Source: Candidatus Moraniibacteriota bacterium (lineage in GTDB: Bacteria > Patescibacteriota > Minisyncoccia > Moranbacterales > UBA1568). From it: a stretch of 44,740 nt of DNA. Both the position numbers and the translations under genes were made by a program. The DNA lies in assembly GCA_903859375.1 (NCBI GenBank), contig CAIOMK010000022.1, forward strand, positions 1 through 44,740. Direction: 5' to 3'. Below, piece by piece: positions 9,017 through 19,366 of the stretch; the stretch's first letter is position 1; each line of letters starts with the position of its first letter. The notes below the pieces were generated by a model. The model was given only the letters and a program-made list of their open reading frames with translations. It was not told the origin of the DNA and searched no databases.

Positions 9017-12000
9017 TGGGAAGAAAGTACCGTACCATAGTATGCGTCTGTCGCAAGGGTTGCATCGAACGAGAACCCGTTCCTGTCACGATTCAACCCT
9101 TCGGATTGCCAGTCTGTCCGAAACGACTCGGGAAACGTGAGCCGTGAATGCAGAGTGCTCCCGGCCGATCCCGACTGCTTCTGGAAAAGAACCGAATACG
9201 ATGCCGGGTTGGCGACCTGCGGAGATACCCGAAACGGCAACCGATACGTATATTCGACCGTCACGCTCTCCCCCGGACTCACGTAGACCCAGTTCCCGAA
9301 AACAGTCTTTCCGCTTTCCTCCGAGATACGGGTTCCTCCTTTGTCGACGATTGTCGACTTTTCTTCCTTCTGAACGTTCGCGTCGCGCTTGAAACCGAGT
9401 GCGTCATAATTTATCGGCGACTTCGGGAACTCATAAGTCTGACCAGAAGCCGACACGAGCTCGGCCCCTTGCGGAACATACACCCGGAGATAATCGGTAT
9501 TCACCTTGTTGAACCAATCGTATTGGGAGTTGCCTCCGGAGTGCTTCCTCGTCACCCGGACCGTATCGAGGACCGACCCGTCGGCCTGCACGGCGGCAGT
9601 ATGCTCGATGGTCTCCTTGACGACGGCATCAGTCTTGTAGCCGTTCAGGTTCGTATGGATGACACTCAGATAATCCCTCGGCGTATCGAGAACCTTTCCA
9701 GACCACCCGGCTTCATCGACAAGTTTCTCCACGTCGGCATTTCTCGAATACAGAAGAATGTGCTTCTCATCAAGCGCCTGGGAGAACGTTTCCGCAAGCG
9801 AGGACAGCAATGTCGCACTTTTCATGGAGAAGAGGCGCTCAAGCAACAGTGGCGCCAGATCGGAAAGTATTTTTTTTGGCTGATTCAGTTTCCGATCGTA
9901 CTTTAGTTCCACTTCTTCCTGAGCGACCTGTGTAAAATTGTTCTCATCGATCGTCACGCCGTAATCAGGCATGTCGATCGGGCCGGTAAGGTGAAGAAGT
10001 TTCTGAATGACGGTCGGGGTCAATGTGATCACACCGTCAACCGTAGGACCACCGGTCTTCTCATAGAAGTATATGGCCTTTTCCGCAGACGTCGGAAAAT
10101 CCGGCCACCAATTGCTATCATGAAGACTCCATGCGGTACTCACCTTTTGGATCGGGGCCGGAGGAACGATGTTTTCCTTGAGTTGCCCGTCCGGATTAAA
10201 GATACCGTCGACAAAGAACTTCCGTATATGTCCTTCACTCACGTCAAGCACTCCATAGCTTCCGATAAATCCACCGGTAGGTCGCAGTTCCGCATTGTTC
10301 TGAAACAGGAACAGGTACATACGGGGACCGTTCTCACCGAGCATTTCCCGTATGAGATGGGAGTTTCGGTTGAACCCGCCGAGGGCGGCCGCGACCACGG
10401 GCAATTTCGCCCGGATAGACAGGAACGCTTCACGCTTATCGTCCGGAACATCTTCCGGATGAACGCGATCGAAGGCGTTTTGTGCGGCTGCGATTTCGTC
10501 CGCCGCCACCGATGAGCGTTTTTCCGCCTCATCTATCATATCCAAAAACGAGATGTCATCCCCTTTGTCGTTTCCTATCCCGGACGAAGGAAGGACTTCG
10601 AGCATGCTACTCATGGAAACGCCCGCGGCGGAAAGATATTTCGCGCCCTCAAGCAGACCCTGGGCGGAAGAAACCTTGGAAAGCCATGGAACGAATCTCG
10701 TCGCCTTGGCAAGTTCGTTGCCGACCGTACCAAGGGAATCCGACGCGTCTGAAAAAGTCTGATATGCATCGATGAAGTTTCTCGATGAGCTTGAAAAGTC
10801 GGCCGTCTGGAGATTGTCCACCGCCTTGGTCGCGAAAGAGGCGCCTTCGACACTCGCTCCGAGCACTTCTCCCTTGATGGAAACGATGCGGTTTACCGCA
10901 AGCACACCACCACCGAGAACGATGATAAAAACAGCCATGACAGAGACGTAGCGCATCTGCGGAACAGCCATTATGGTGTCGAATGACGCGGAAACCGTGG
11001 ATGAAACATGCGCGAGAAACGATCCGACACGTTCTCTTCGTTCCGAAATAAACGTATTCTTTTCCCGGGAAACAGTCTCTTCGATCTCGGGTTCAGACCC
11101 GATCACGGGCGTATATTCCATCGGAACGTCCGTGTCCGTGATTTTTTCATGTTGGAAAAACGAACTCCCGAGAAAGGTCGACGAGAGGGCGTCAGCCTCA
11201 GGAAGAAAGGGTTTCCATTCCTCTTGCTCCGAGACCAAAGCCTGATCAGGCTCATCTTCCCGGCTCACGTCACATTCCCGATCCTGCATGGGAGCCCCTT
11301 TCAGACTTTGAAAAAATGAATGGAACGGCATGGAAATTCGTGATTCCACCGGCATTTCCAAAACGGGAGCGTCTTGTAACGGAACTTCTTCCTCACTGAT
11401 CGATGATAAACGACTCAGGACGATTGGATCCGAAAAAGCCGTTTCTTCGACGATGTTTTCCTGTTGGAACAAATCGCTTTCAAAAGCGGTACGGCTTTCC
11501 GCGATCGGTTCACGTATGAAAAAATTTACGGATTCGGGTTCGGGTTCTGACTCGACAACGGCAATGGCAATGGTCTCCGTCTCCTGCACATATTCAGGTT
11601 CGACTGCGGACACATATGAGACCTCATCTAAAACCGTCGGCTGATTTTCCGTTGCAGGCGCAGGCTGAAGCGATGCGAGAAATTCGAGATACTCCTCGTG
11701 TTCCGCCTCCTTCTCCGCTCGGATAAGAGCCCGTTTTTCCTTTCCGGAAGATATCTTATCCGCACATATCGAAAAGAATGATCGGCGAGTTTCCGATATG
11801 TCGGCTGTCGGAAGCTGAACAGATCCGTTTTCCTGTTCTTCCGAAACACCCGATACCTCGACCTCGTCTGCGGACAGAATCGGCTCGACGTGCATATCGA
11901 CGACCTCCACGACCGTCGATTCATATTCATATGTCGGCTCGGACACGACGTCCGCGATGATCGCCTCCGCATAAACGACCGGCTCCTGTACGACGTGGGA

Positions 12001-12489
12001 ATATCCGGAGGGTCGGCTCAGAACGACGTCAGAAAGAGTAGGCCTCACCTGTCGCCCGATCGATTGCACAGCTTCGACGTTCGGCCGGATGTCTCTGACA
12101 TCCGCAACGAAAAAAGTCTCTTTTCCATCCTGATTCGGTTCGAGTTCAGGTTCTGCGATGACGATGAAAGACTCGACTTGTTCTTCCACGACGATCGCCT
12201 TTACGATGAAAGAGCCGGCTTCTTTGTGTGCGCTATAAAACGGCCAATAGGTCCTCTCATGCGTCAACAGATGTTGGAAAGATTCGTGCCCCGACAACAG
12301 ATTTTCGGAATAGCCACCGGTTTCGCTCTTTTCAAAAACCGAAATCTCTTCCGGGAGAAGACTTCCCCAGTGCCCGGCATATGACGAATCGACGGAGCTG
12401 ATATTCTCCCAATTCAAAACATCGGTCCGACCGGCCGGCCGTACATCATTCATCCGCGAGGCGACTTTTTCTCTCTGTTCCGATCGCAT
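9013..12489 (-). CDS. DUF4012-domain membrane protein with a long acidic N-terminal extension
   Basis: YLFLFQNNAELRPTGGFIGSY, DSNWWPDFPTSA, YLRVYVP and QKQSG motifs after a single TM. Confidence 0.85.
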   Translation of the reverse strand: MRSEQREKVASRMNDVRPAGRTDVLNWENISSVDSSYAGHWGSLLPEEISVFEKSETGGYSENLLSGHESFQHLLTHERTYWPFYSAHKEAGSFIVKAIVVEEQVESFIVIAEPELEPNQDGKETFFVADVRDIRPNVEAVQSIGRQVRPTLSDVVLSRPSGYSHVVQEPVVYAEAIIADVVSEPTYEYESTVVEVVDMHVEPILSADEVEVSGVSEEQENGSVQLPTADISETRRSFFSICADKISSGKEKRALIRAEKEAEHEEYLEFLASLQPAPATENQPTVLDEVSYVSAVEPEYVQETETIAIAVVESEPEPESVNFFIREPIAESRTAFESDLFQQENIVEETAFSDPIVLSRLSSISEEEVPLQDAPVLEMPVESRISMPFHSFFQSLKGAPMQDRECDVSREDEPDQALVSEQEEWKPFLPEADALSSTFLGSSFFQHEKITDTDVPMEYTPVIGSEPEIEETVSREKNTFISERRERVGSFLAHVSSTVSASFDTIMAVPQMRYVSVMAVFIIVLGGGVLAVNRIVSIKGEVLGASVEGASFATKAVDNLQTADFSSSSRNFIDAYQTFSDASDSLGTVGNELAKATRFVPWLSKVSSAQGLLEGAKYLSAAGVSMSSMLEVLPSSGIGNDKGDDISFLDMIDEAEKRSSVAADEIAAAQNAFDRVHPEDVPDDKREAFLSIRAKLPVVAAALGGFNRNSHLIREMLGENGPRMYLFLFQNNAELRPTGGFIGSYGVLDVSEGHIRKFFVDGIFNPDGQLKENIVPPAPIQKVSTAWSLHDSNWWPDFPTSAEKAIYFYEKTGGPTVDGVITLTPTVIQKLLHLTGPIDMPDYGVTIDENNFTQVAQEEVELKYDRKLNQPKKILSDLAPLLLERLFSMKSATLLSSLAETFSQALDEKHILLYSRNADVEKLVDEAGWSGKVLDTPRDYLSVIHTNLNGYKTDAVVKETIEHTAAVQADGSVLDTVRVTRKHSGGNSQYDWFNKVNTDYLRVYVPQGAELVSASGQTYEFPKSPINYDALGFKRDANVQKEEKSTIVDKGGTRISEESGKTVFGNWVYVSPGESVTVEYTYRLPFRVSPQVANPASYSVLFQKQSGSAGSTLHSRLTFPESFRTDWQSEGLNRDRNGFSFDATLATDAYYGTVLSSQ

Positions 12490-12528
12490 GGATTATTTAT
12501 TTTCATATTCCAGCCCCTGCCGGAAAGA

Positions 12529-13647
12529 TTATGTCGAAACGGTATCGTGATAGGTTCTCAGTGTCGTTTCCGCCATATCCTCCCAACGGAACGAGTCCAC
12601 GTGAGCCCGTCCTTTCCTCGACAATTCCGAGGCGAGCAGAGGATCATGCAGGACACTTTCGACACACAGAGCAAGACTGTCTTTGTCATCTGGATCGAAG
12701 AATAACGCGGCATCCCCGAGTATCTCCGGAAGAGAACCCCTGTCGGCGGCGATGACCGGCGTACCGGAACGCATCGCTTCAAGAGGAGGAAGTCCGAACC
12801 CTTCATACAGGGACGGGAAGATATATCCCGTCGCCGCACGATAGAGACCCGCCAATTCATGGTCGGGCACATACCCTGCGAAATCGATATTCCGTATCCC
12901 TGCCAACGCCACTTCTTCGCGCAATCGCTTATAGAAGTGATCATCTTTCCCGACCAATACGAACCTGACTTCCGGAAACCGCATCGCAAGCGGAACAAAA
13001 GCCCCGAGATTCTTGTGCGGGTACGCGTTCCCGACATACAGGAAGTACGGCAATAGTATACCATGATTCGGGCCCAATTCCGAACCGGTCGAGACGTCGT
13101 TATCCGCCTCAAAATCACACCCCTCATAGGCGATGACAATCCTGCCTTTCGCAAATGGGAATTCCGTGAGAATATCGCGCTCCGTGAACATCGATACGGT
13201 GAGTATGGTCTTCGCCCGTCGTATCGCGGAAACGATCGCGACCTGATAGGCAAAATACTTCAGCATATACGTCAGCCGATTCCTCGTCGTATTCCGGATG
13301 GTCGGGAAATGGAACAGTATCAGATCATGAATGGTCACGACGAACGGTTTCCGATACAGGATCGGAACATTGAAATGAGGAAAGTGAACGAGGTCGAGCG
13401 TATACCGATACAGCAGGAATGGAAGAAACAGCTGTTCCCGAAAGGTATACCACGGGTAATCGGCCAAGACCTTTGTGAATTGCGCGTTTTTCGGGACGTA
13501 TCGGTCGAAATTTTCCTTCCTGAGAAATATGAAAAACTCGTCGTCTGATCCGGCGACGCGTTCGAGGTATTCGACCAGTTTTTCTGTATAGCGCCCGAGG
13601 CCCTTTCCGACAGGACCGTAGAAACGCGCATCGATACCGATTCTCAT
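12529..13647 (-). CDS. Glycosyltransferase family 4 (GT-B)
   Basis: MRIGIDAR, VTIHDL, YVGNAYPHKN, PSLYEGFGLPPLEAM. Confidence 0.95.
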   Translation of the reverse strand: MRIGIDARFYGPVGKGLGRYTEKLVEYLERVAGSDDEFFIFLRKENFDRYVPKNAQFTKVLADYPWYTFREQLFLPFLLYRYTLDLVHFPHFNVPILYRKPFVVTIHDLILFHFPTIRNTTRNRLTYMLKYFAYQVAIVSAIRRAKTILTVSMFTERDILTEFPFAKGRIVIAYEGCDFEADNDVSTGSELGPNHGILLPYFLYVGNAYPHKNLGAFVPLAMRFPEVRFVLVGKDDHFYKRLREEVALAGIRNIDFAGYVPDHELAGLYRAATGYIFPSLYEGFGLPPLEAMRSGTPVIAADRGSLPEILGDAALFFDPDDKDSLALCVESVLHDPLLASELSRKGRAHVDSFRWEDMAETTLRTYHDTVST

Positions 13648-14366
13648 GTGCCTTTTTCTGGTTTTGAACCGTCGACATCACGAAGGAACAGTGTTCCGTC
13701 ACGTTCCAAAAAGAACAAAACGAGTCCCTGTGTCGCGAGTGCGCCGAGTATTCCCGGATCCTCTATCCGGTTCGTGGTTTTCGGGAACATCAGGAATGCA
13801 GCATACTTTCCGATCATTCCCGGAGACCGGACGATGATACAACCGTTCTTTTCCGACAATTTTTTTCCCGAAGCCACCAACTCCCCTATCGGTATGGCGA
13901 CACATGCGGAGACCCTTCCGTTGCGTATTTCCTTCTCCACCGTCAATTTTTCCGTATCGATGATGCGTATTAGAAACGAGGCCGATTTGGAAGACATCAG
14001 CACCGACCGTTCGAATGTCAGGTACCCCTTGCGTGTTTCACCGAGCCTGAACCGTTCCGCCGCCTCTGGCAGTGAGATGATCAGTCCTTTCAGCAGATCG
14101 AGTTTCCGATTCGTCTCACCGATATACGAATACGATTCGGAAAGGTCTTTTGTGATATCCGATTTCTCCCGCTGAATGAGTATTTTCTCGCGGATCTGCC
14201 GAAGCATGGACTTCTCCTTGAGAAAGAATATCAAAAATCCGACCGCTCCGAGCAGAAATACGATGAGTGTTTCCGCCTCTTCCTCATGAAGACCCAGAAG
14301 ATTTCCCTGGATGGTCTCCGGCGTAATCGAGGCAAGAACGAACAGTATGAAGAATATCCAGTACAT
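13644..14366 (-). CDS. Hypothetical membrane protein (2 N-terminal TMs, coiled coil)
   Basis: ATGA-coupled to the GT4 gene. Hydrophobic N-terminus then DLSESYSYIGETNRKLD. Start uncertain (14366 or 14435). Confidence 0.7.
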   Translation of the reverse strand: MYWIFFILFVLASITPETIQGNLLGLHEEEAETLIVFLLGAVGFLIFFLKEKSMLRQIREKILIQREKSDITKDLSESYSYIGETNRKLDLLKGLIISLPEAAERFRLGETRKGYLTFERSVLMSSKSASFLIRIIDTEKLTVEKEIRNGRVSACVAIPIGELVASGKKLSEKNGCIIVRSPGMIGKYAAFLMFPKTTNRIEDPGILGALATQGLVLFFLERDGTLFLRDVDGSKPEKGT

Positions 14367-14431
14367 TTCGGTAAGACCTCTTTCCCTCAAAATAGGAAAG
14401 GGAGGCGTTATAAGATATTCTGAACGGATCG

Positions 14432-15319
14432 TCAATCAAGCGGAAGATTTTTCAGAAATGTCTTCAGCCTTTCGCCGACTTCCGGGTGTTTCAATCCGTA
14501 ATGGATGGTCGCCTTGAGAAAATTGAACTTGTCCCCCGTATCGAGCCACTCCCCCTCGAGCATGCGGGCATGGATCGGCACGCCCTTCGCGAGCATGAGG
14601 TCGAATGCGTCGGCGAGGCGGATCTCTCCGGACTTCCCCGTCTCCATACCGGACAACGTGTCGAACACCTCACGGGTGATGATATATTTCCCGACCGCGA
14701 CCGCGCGGCTCGGTGCGTCTTCCGGCTTCGGCTTCTCCACCATCTTGGTCACGAGCACGTCATGCTCCCCGACCGGGTCTCCCGCGACCACACCGAATTT
14801 CGAAACGTCTTCCAGATCGACTTCGGCTGCCCCGATGATCGGCGTCCGATACAGTTCGTACGCATCGATGATCTGTTTCGCGGCCGGTACTTTGCTGTCA
14901 TACAGACAATCACCGAAGAACACGAGAACCGGCTCATCGTCGTCCACGAGATGTGCCGCCTGCAACAGGGCATGCCCGTCGCCCAAAGGAGACGACTGTC
15001 GGACATACGAGAACTTCGCAAGCCCCGATATGGATCGGACCTTCTCCAGGAGATCGTGCTTGTTCTTCTCCACGAGCGTATCTTCGAGCTCGTAGGACAC
15101 ATCGAAGTGATCCTCGATGGCACGCTTGCCACGACCAGTGACAAAGATGATTTCCTTGATACCGGAGGCGACCGCTTCTTCCGCCAAGTATTGCACCACC
15201 GGCTTGTCCACGACCGGTAGCATTTCCTTCGGCTGCGCTTTTGTTGCCGGGAGAAACCGGGTCCCGAAACCGGCGACGAGGAAAATAGCCTTCTTGATCT
15301 TCATTGGTTTCTTATTCAT
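14432..15319 (-). CDS. galU: UTP--glucose-1-phosphate uridylyltransferase
   Basis: KAIFLVAGFGTRFLPATKAQPKEMLPVVDKP, EDHFD, GDGHA, VEKP. Confidence 0.95.
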   Translation of the reverse strand: MNKKPMKIKKAIFLVAGFGTRFLPATKAQPKEMLPVVDKPVVQYLAEEAVASGIKEIIFVTGRGKRAIEDHFDVSYELEDTLVEKNKHDLLEKVRSISGLAKFSYVRQSSPLGDGHALLQAAHLVDDDEPVLVFFGDCLYDSKVPAAKQIIDAYELYRTPIIGAAEVDLEDVSKFGVVAGDPVGEHDVLVTKMVEKPKPEDAPSRAVAVGKYIITREVFDTLSGMETGKSGEIRLADAFDLMLAKGVPIHARMLEGEWLDTGDKFNFLKATIHYGLKHPEVGERLKTFLKNLPLD

Positions 15320-15392
15320 GCCTGATACGTGACAGATTATCGGTTCCTTGCATATGCCTACAGTATACCACTGTGGAAACACTCGCAAAAGG

Positions 15393-16190
15393 TCATTTTT
15401 TGAGGGAAACAAGGCGCTTGAATTCGGCGTTGAACTCAGTGATCGCTTCGTTGACAATCGGGTGAAACCGGCTTCGGAAATCCTTTTCCTTCACATAAAC
15501 CGACGCTTCAAGAAGAGAATCGTGCGTTCCGGCATCGAAATATGCCCCGGTTATCGTCCGCACATCGAGTTCTCCCAGCGCCAGATAGGCGCGGTGCATG
15601 TCGACGATCTCGAGTTCCCCGCGTTCCGACGGCTTGATCCGCTTCGCGATTTCCGATGCCTTGCCATCGTACAGATAGATTCCCGGAATGGCGAAATTAC
15701 TTTTCGGCGCAGACGGCTTCTCCTCGATCGAAATGACCTTCCCTGTCGCCTCGTCGAATTCGACGACACCGAACCGTTCCGGATCAGTCACCTCTTTGGC
15801 GAACACACGCCCGCCGGATACGAAACTCCCTATCGCCTCGGAAAAATCATCCTCGAAAATATTGTCGCCCAAGATAAGCGTGGACGGTCCGCCGTCGAGG
15901 AAATCCTCACCGAGAATAAACGCTTCCGGAAGTCCTCCCGGTCGCTTCTGTACGACGAATGTGATATTCACCCCGTGCCCGCGGAACATGGATCCGAGCA
16001 GGTTAAGGAAGCTCCCCGAATACTCCGGGGACACGATGATGAGAATATCGCGGATTCCCGCCTGAATGAGCGTGTTGAGCGGATAGAAAATCATCGGCCG
16101 GTCATAGGCCGGGAGCAGCTGCTTGGTGAGGACCGATGTCAGTGGCAGAAGCCGTGTGCCGGTGCCTCCGGCGAGAATGATACCTTTCAT
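15393..16190 (-). CDS. rfbA: Glucose-1-phosphate thymidylyltransferase
   Basis: MKGIILAGGTGTRL.PLT..KQLLP.YD.PMI.YPL, LGDNIF, EEKP, RGELEI. Confidence 0.92.
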   Translation of the reverse strand: MKGIILAGGTGTRLLPLTSVLTKQLLPAYDRPMIFYPLNTLIQAGIRDILIIVSPEYSGSFLNLLGSMFRGHGVNITFVVQKRPGGLPEAFILGEDFLDGGPSTLILGDNIFEDDFSEAIGSFVSGGRVFAKEVTDPERFGVVEFDEATGKVISIEEKPSAPKSNFAIPGIYLYDGKASEIAKRIKPSERGELEIVDMHRAYLALGELDVRTITGAYFDAGTHDSLLEASVYVKEKDFRSRFHPIVNEAITEFNAEFKRLVSLKK

Positions 16191-16250
16191 ACCAATATAT
16201 ATTGCGAATTACGAAATGCCGAATGCGAATGAAAACGGTCAGCTACCCTA

Positions 16251-17495
16251 TCAATGATAAATCGGGAACGACTTGCAGAGCGTCTTCACTTCCTTGCGGA
16301 TGCCCGAAAGGATTTTTTTCTTCCCCTCCGAGCGGAGTACGGAATCGATCCATCCCGCGATCATCCTCATCTCATCCTCTTTCATGCCACGGGTCGTCAC
16401 GGCCGGCACACCGATACGGATGCCTGACGGATCGAGCGGCCCACGCGGATCATCCGGCAGCACGTTCTTGTTGACCGTGATCGAGGCCAGATCGAGCCAG
16501 GCTTCGGCATCCTTGCCGGTCACGTTCCGACTCTTCACGGTATCGATGAGGAGCATGTGATTCTCGGTCGTGCCGAAAACGATCTCATAACCGAGCCCGA
16601 TGAACGATTCTTCAAGCGCTTTGGCGTTCGTAAGGATCTGTCTCGCATATACCTCGAACTCCGGTCGGAGTGCCTCCCCGAATGCGACCGCTTTCGCGAG
16701 CACCATATGCATATGTGGTCCTCCCTGTACGCCAGGGAACACGGCCTTGTCGATCGCTTTCGCGAACGGTTCCTTGCACAGTATTAGTCCTCCGCGCGGG
16801 CCGCGGAGCGTCTTGTGCGTCGTGGCTGTCACGATATCGAAGTGCGGTACAGGACTCGGCAACGCCTTCCCGGCTATCATACCGGCGATATGTGCCATAT
16901 CCATCATCGTGATCGCGCCGACCTTGGCGGCGATGGCAGTGAACCGTTCATAATCTATCTGTCGCGTGTATGAGGAAAATCCGGCGAGCATAAGCTTCGG
17001 ATGTTCCAAGACGGCGAGCGCCTCGAGTTTGTCATAGTCAATCGTCCCGTCGGCCTCCGTCTTGTAACGGATGAAGCGATATACTTTGGCCGGCAACGTG
17101 ACGGGATGTCCGTGAGTGAGATGGCCTCCGTGTGACAGGTCCATACCGAGCACGGTATCACCAGGGGCGAGCACTGCCGCATATGCCGCGAGGTTCGCCG
17201 ATGCGCCCGAGAGCGGTTGGACATTGGCATGTTCCGAACCGAACAACTCTTTCACCCGGTCGATCGCGAGCGTCTCGATGATATCGGTATATTCCTGCCC
17301 GCCGTAATAGCGCCTGCCGGGATATCCTTCGGAATATTTGTTCGTGAAAACGGAGCCGAGTGCGTCGAGCACGGCGGGTGACACGGTGTTTTCCGACGCA
17401 ATGAGTTCGAGTCCCTGCTCCTCGCGTTTCATCTCCCCTTTGAGCGCGTCATACGCTGCCTTGTCGGATTCCTTCAACGAATGATATGTATTCAT
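16251..17495 (-). CDS. glyA: Serine hydroxymethyltransferase
   Basis: LELIASEN, NKYSEGYPGRRYYGG, GGHLTHG, TTHKTLRGPRGG. Start placed at MNTYHSL. Confidence 0.98.
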   Translation of the reverse strand: MNTYHSLKESDKAAYDALKGEMKREEQGLELIASENTVSPAVLDALGSVFTNKYSEGYPGRRYYGGQEYTDIIETLAIDRVKELFGSEHANVQPLSGASANLAAYAAVLAPGDTVLGMDLSHGGHLTHGHPVTLPAKVYRFIRYKTEADGTIDYDKLEALAVLEHPKLMLAGFSSYTRQIDYERFTAIAAKVGAITMMDMAHIAGMIAGKALPSPVPHFDIVTATTHKTLRGPRGGLILCKEPFAKAIDKAVFPGVQGGPHMHMVLAKAVAFGEALRPEFEVYARQILTNAKALEESFIGLGYEIVFGTTENHMLLIDTVKSRNVTGKDAEAWLDLASITVNKNVLPDDPRGPLDPSGIRIGVPAVTTRGMKEDEMRMIAGWIDSVLRSEGKKKILSGIRKEVKTLCKSFPIYH

Positions 17496-17515
17496 ATTTC
17501 TTTCAATTAAACGGT

Positions 17516-18466
17516 TCAGATTGCCGGACAAGAATGTCCCTCTTCCGTTTCCGGGACCGCGTGAAGCGAACGCCGGAAAAAATACCCGACCACCGCGACC
17601 GTGGACAACGGAGCGAACCACTCCGGAATCGGCAGATGAAACGCGTGTCCGATCATCACCGCCCCGAGAATCGCGACGGAATACATCGCACCGTTCTTGA
17701 GGTAGAGATACTTCTTCACATGGTCGATATTCGCCACGGTCAATTGCCGGACGATGACAGCCCCAACACCGTTCCCGAGCAGGATGAGCGGCACGGAAAG
17801 AGTGAACGCGAACGCACCGAGCACCCCGTCGATGGAGAAGGACAGATCGATCACTTCAAGGAACAGGACTTTGCTCAGATCAGACAGTCCGGATTTCCCT
17901 TTTGCAAGATCATGTTCCACCGCCTCCGCGTGCTGACGGAATCCGTGCGTGATGAAAAAAGCGGTCGATCCTATGACCGCACCGAAACCGAGCATAGGAC
18001 TTTCCTTGAGCCCGAACCACACGGTAACCGCAAGGATGATCGAGATCGTCGCATAGAACCATGCACCCTGCCGTATGAAAAATGATTCGACCCCGTGCCA
18101 GCCGAAATGCTTGCCTTCGAGAAACAACCAGTGGAAAAACAGGAAAAGAAGGAAGACGCCTCCGCCGATAAGGAGGACCGGTGCGGACGACGCGATAGCG
18201 GTCGCGACCGACGGATCGTTCGAGAATGTCGCCAGAAACGATCCTACGAATCCGAGGTCCGGTACCGTCGCCCACACGATAAGCCACGGCAACAACCCGC
18301 GTACCACGAATACCGCAAGGAACAGTCCCCATGTGAGAAAAAATCTCCGGGCCTTCTTGCCCATGGTCGAAAGGACTTCCGCGTTGATGACGGCATTGTC
18401 GATGCTCGACACTGTCTCGAACAGTGCGAGTCCGACGACCGTAATGATGATGGAAAACATCGTCAT
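17516..18466 (-). CDS. DUF475 (TerC-like) membrane protein
   Basis: SSIDNAVINA, LEVIDLSFSIDGVLGAFA, YLKNGAMYS. Confidence 0.88.
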   Translation of the reverse strand: MTMFSIIITVVGLALFETVSSIDNAVINAEVLSTMGKKARRFFLTWGLFLAVFVVRGLLPWLIVWATVPDLGFVGSFLATFSNDPSVATAIASSAPVLLIGGGVFLLFLFFHWLFLEGKHFGWHGVESFFIRQGAWFYATISIILAVTVWFGLKESPMLGFGAVIGSTAFFITHGFRQHAEAVEHDLAKGKSGLSDLSKVLFLEVIDLSFSIDGVLGAFAFTLSVPLILLGNGVGAVIVRQLTVANIDHVKKYLYLKNGAMYSVAILGAVMIGHAFHLPIPEWFAPLSTVAVVGYFFRRSLHAVPETEEGHSCPAI

Positions 18467-18469
18467 AAA

Positions 18470-19366
18470 TTATGAGACTATATGGCCGGACCCTGACTCC
18501 TTCCGATTCGCGAAAGATTCCAATGCCTCACGGTAATCGCGAAGTGCGGGCCGTTTCGTATTGCATAGGGTCGAATCCTTCGGCCGACGTGCCGGTCGGG
18601 TGAACGATGCGCCCGACACCGGCATGATCTCGGCATCGATGCGTATGATACGGAAATACTCGCGAAGGGCCTCATACCATGAGACACTCCCTTCGTTTAC
18701 CAGATGGTACACCCCGACCGGGGCGGAATCAAGTACCAAAGAATAGGTTGCGGAAGCCAGGTCCGGTGCATACGTGAAGCAACCGGTCTCGTCGTCCACG
18801 GCCGATACGGCCCCTTTTTCCCTCGCAACCTCTTCCATCTTCGCGAAGAAACTTTTTTTTGCCGAAACCGAAGAGGCCGGCATGCCGAAGAGTTTCGAAA
18901 GTCGGATGATGAAATATCGTCCGCCGATCGCCGCGACAGACTTCTCCCCGATAAATTTACTCTCCCCATAACGCGAGACCGGGTTCGGTATGGCATCTTC
19001 AGAATAACCACCGGATCGCTGTTCCCCGTCGAATACGTAATCCGTCGAATAATGAGCGAAGACGGCCCCGATTTCCAAAGCGACCGAAGCAAGTTCTCCG
19101 GGTACCTCGGCATTGAGTCGCCAGGCCTTCTCAAACTCGTTCTCATCTTCTTCACAAAGGTCGACCGCATTGTATGCGACGGCGTTGATGATGACATCCG
19201 GATGAAGCATGATGATCTTCTCGCGCGTATCCGAGGCGTCGTTCACATCGATATCACCGAAATCCCAGCCCGTCACCTTGTGTCCGGCTTCGCTGAAAAC
19301 ACAGACCAATTCCTGACCGAGCATTCCTTTCGACCCGAGTATGAGCACTTTCTTTATCATAATCAT
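18470..19366 (-). CDS. rfbD: dTDP-4-dehydrorhamnose reductase
   Basis: GSKGMLG, INAVAYNAVD, YSTDYVFDG, YGESK, RRP. Confidence 0.93.
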   Translation of the reverse strand: MIMIKKVLILGSKGMLGQELVCVFSEAGHKVTGWDFGDIDVNDASDTREKIIMLHPDVIINAVAYNAVDLCEEDENEFEKAWRLNAEVPGELASVALEIGAVFAHYSTDYVFDGEQRSGGYSEDAIPNPVSRYGESKFIGEKSVAAIGGRYFIIRLSKLFGMPASSVSAKKSFFAKMEEVAREKGAVSAVDDETGCFTYAPDLASATYSLVLDSAPVGVYHLVNEGSVSWYEALREYFRIIRIDAEIMPVSGASFTRPARRPKDSTLCNTKRPALRDYREALESFANRKESGSGHIVS

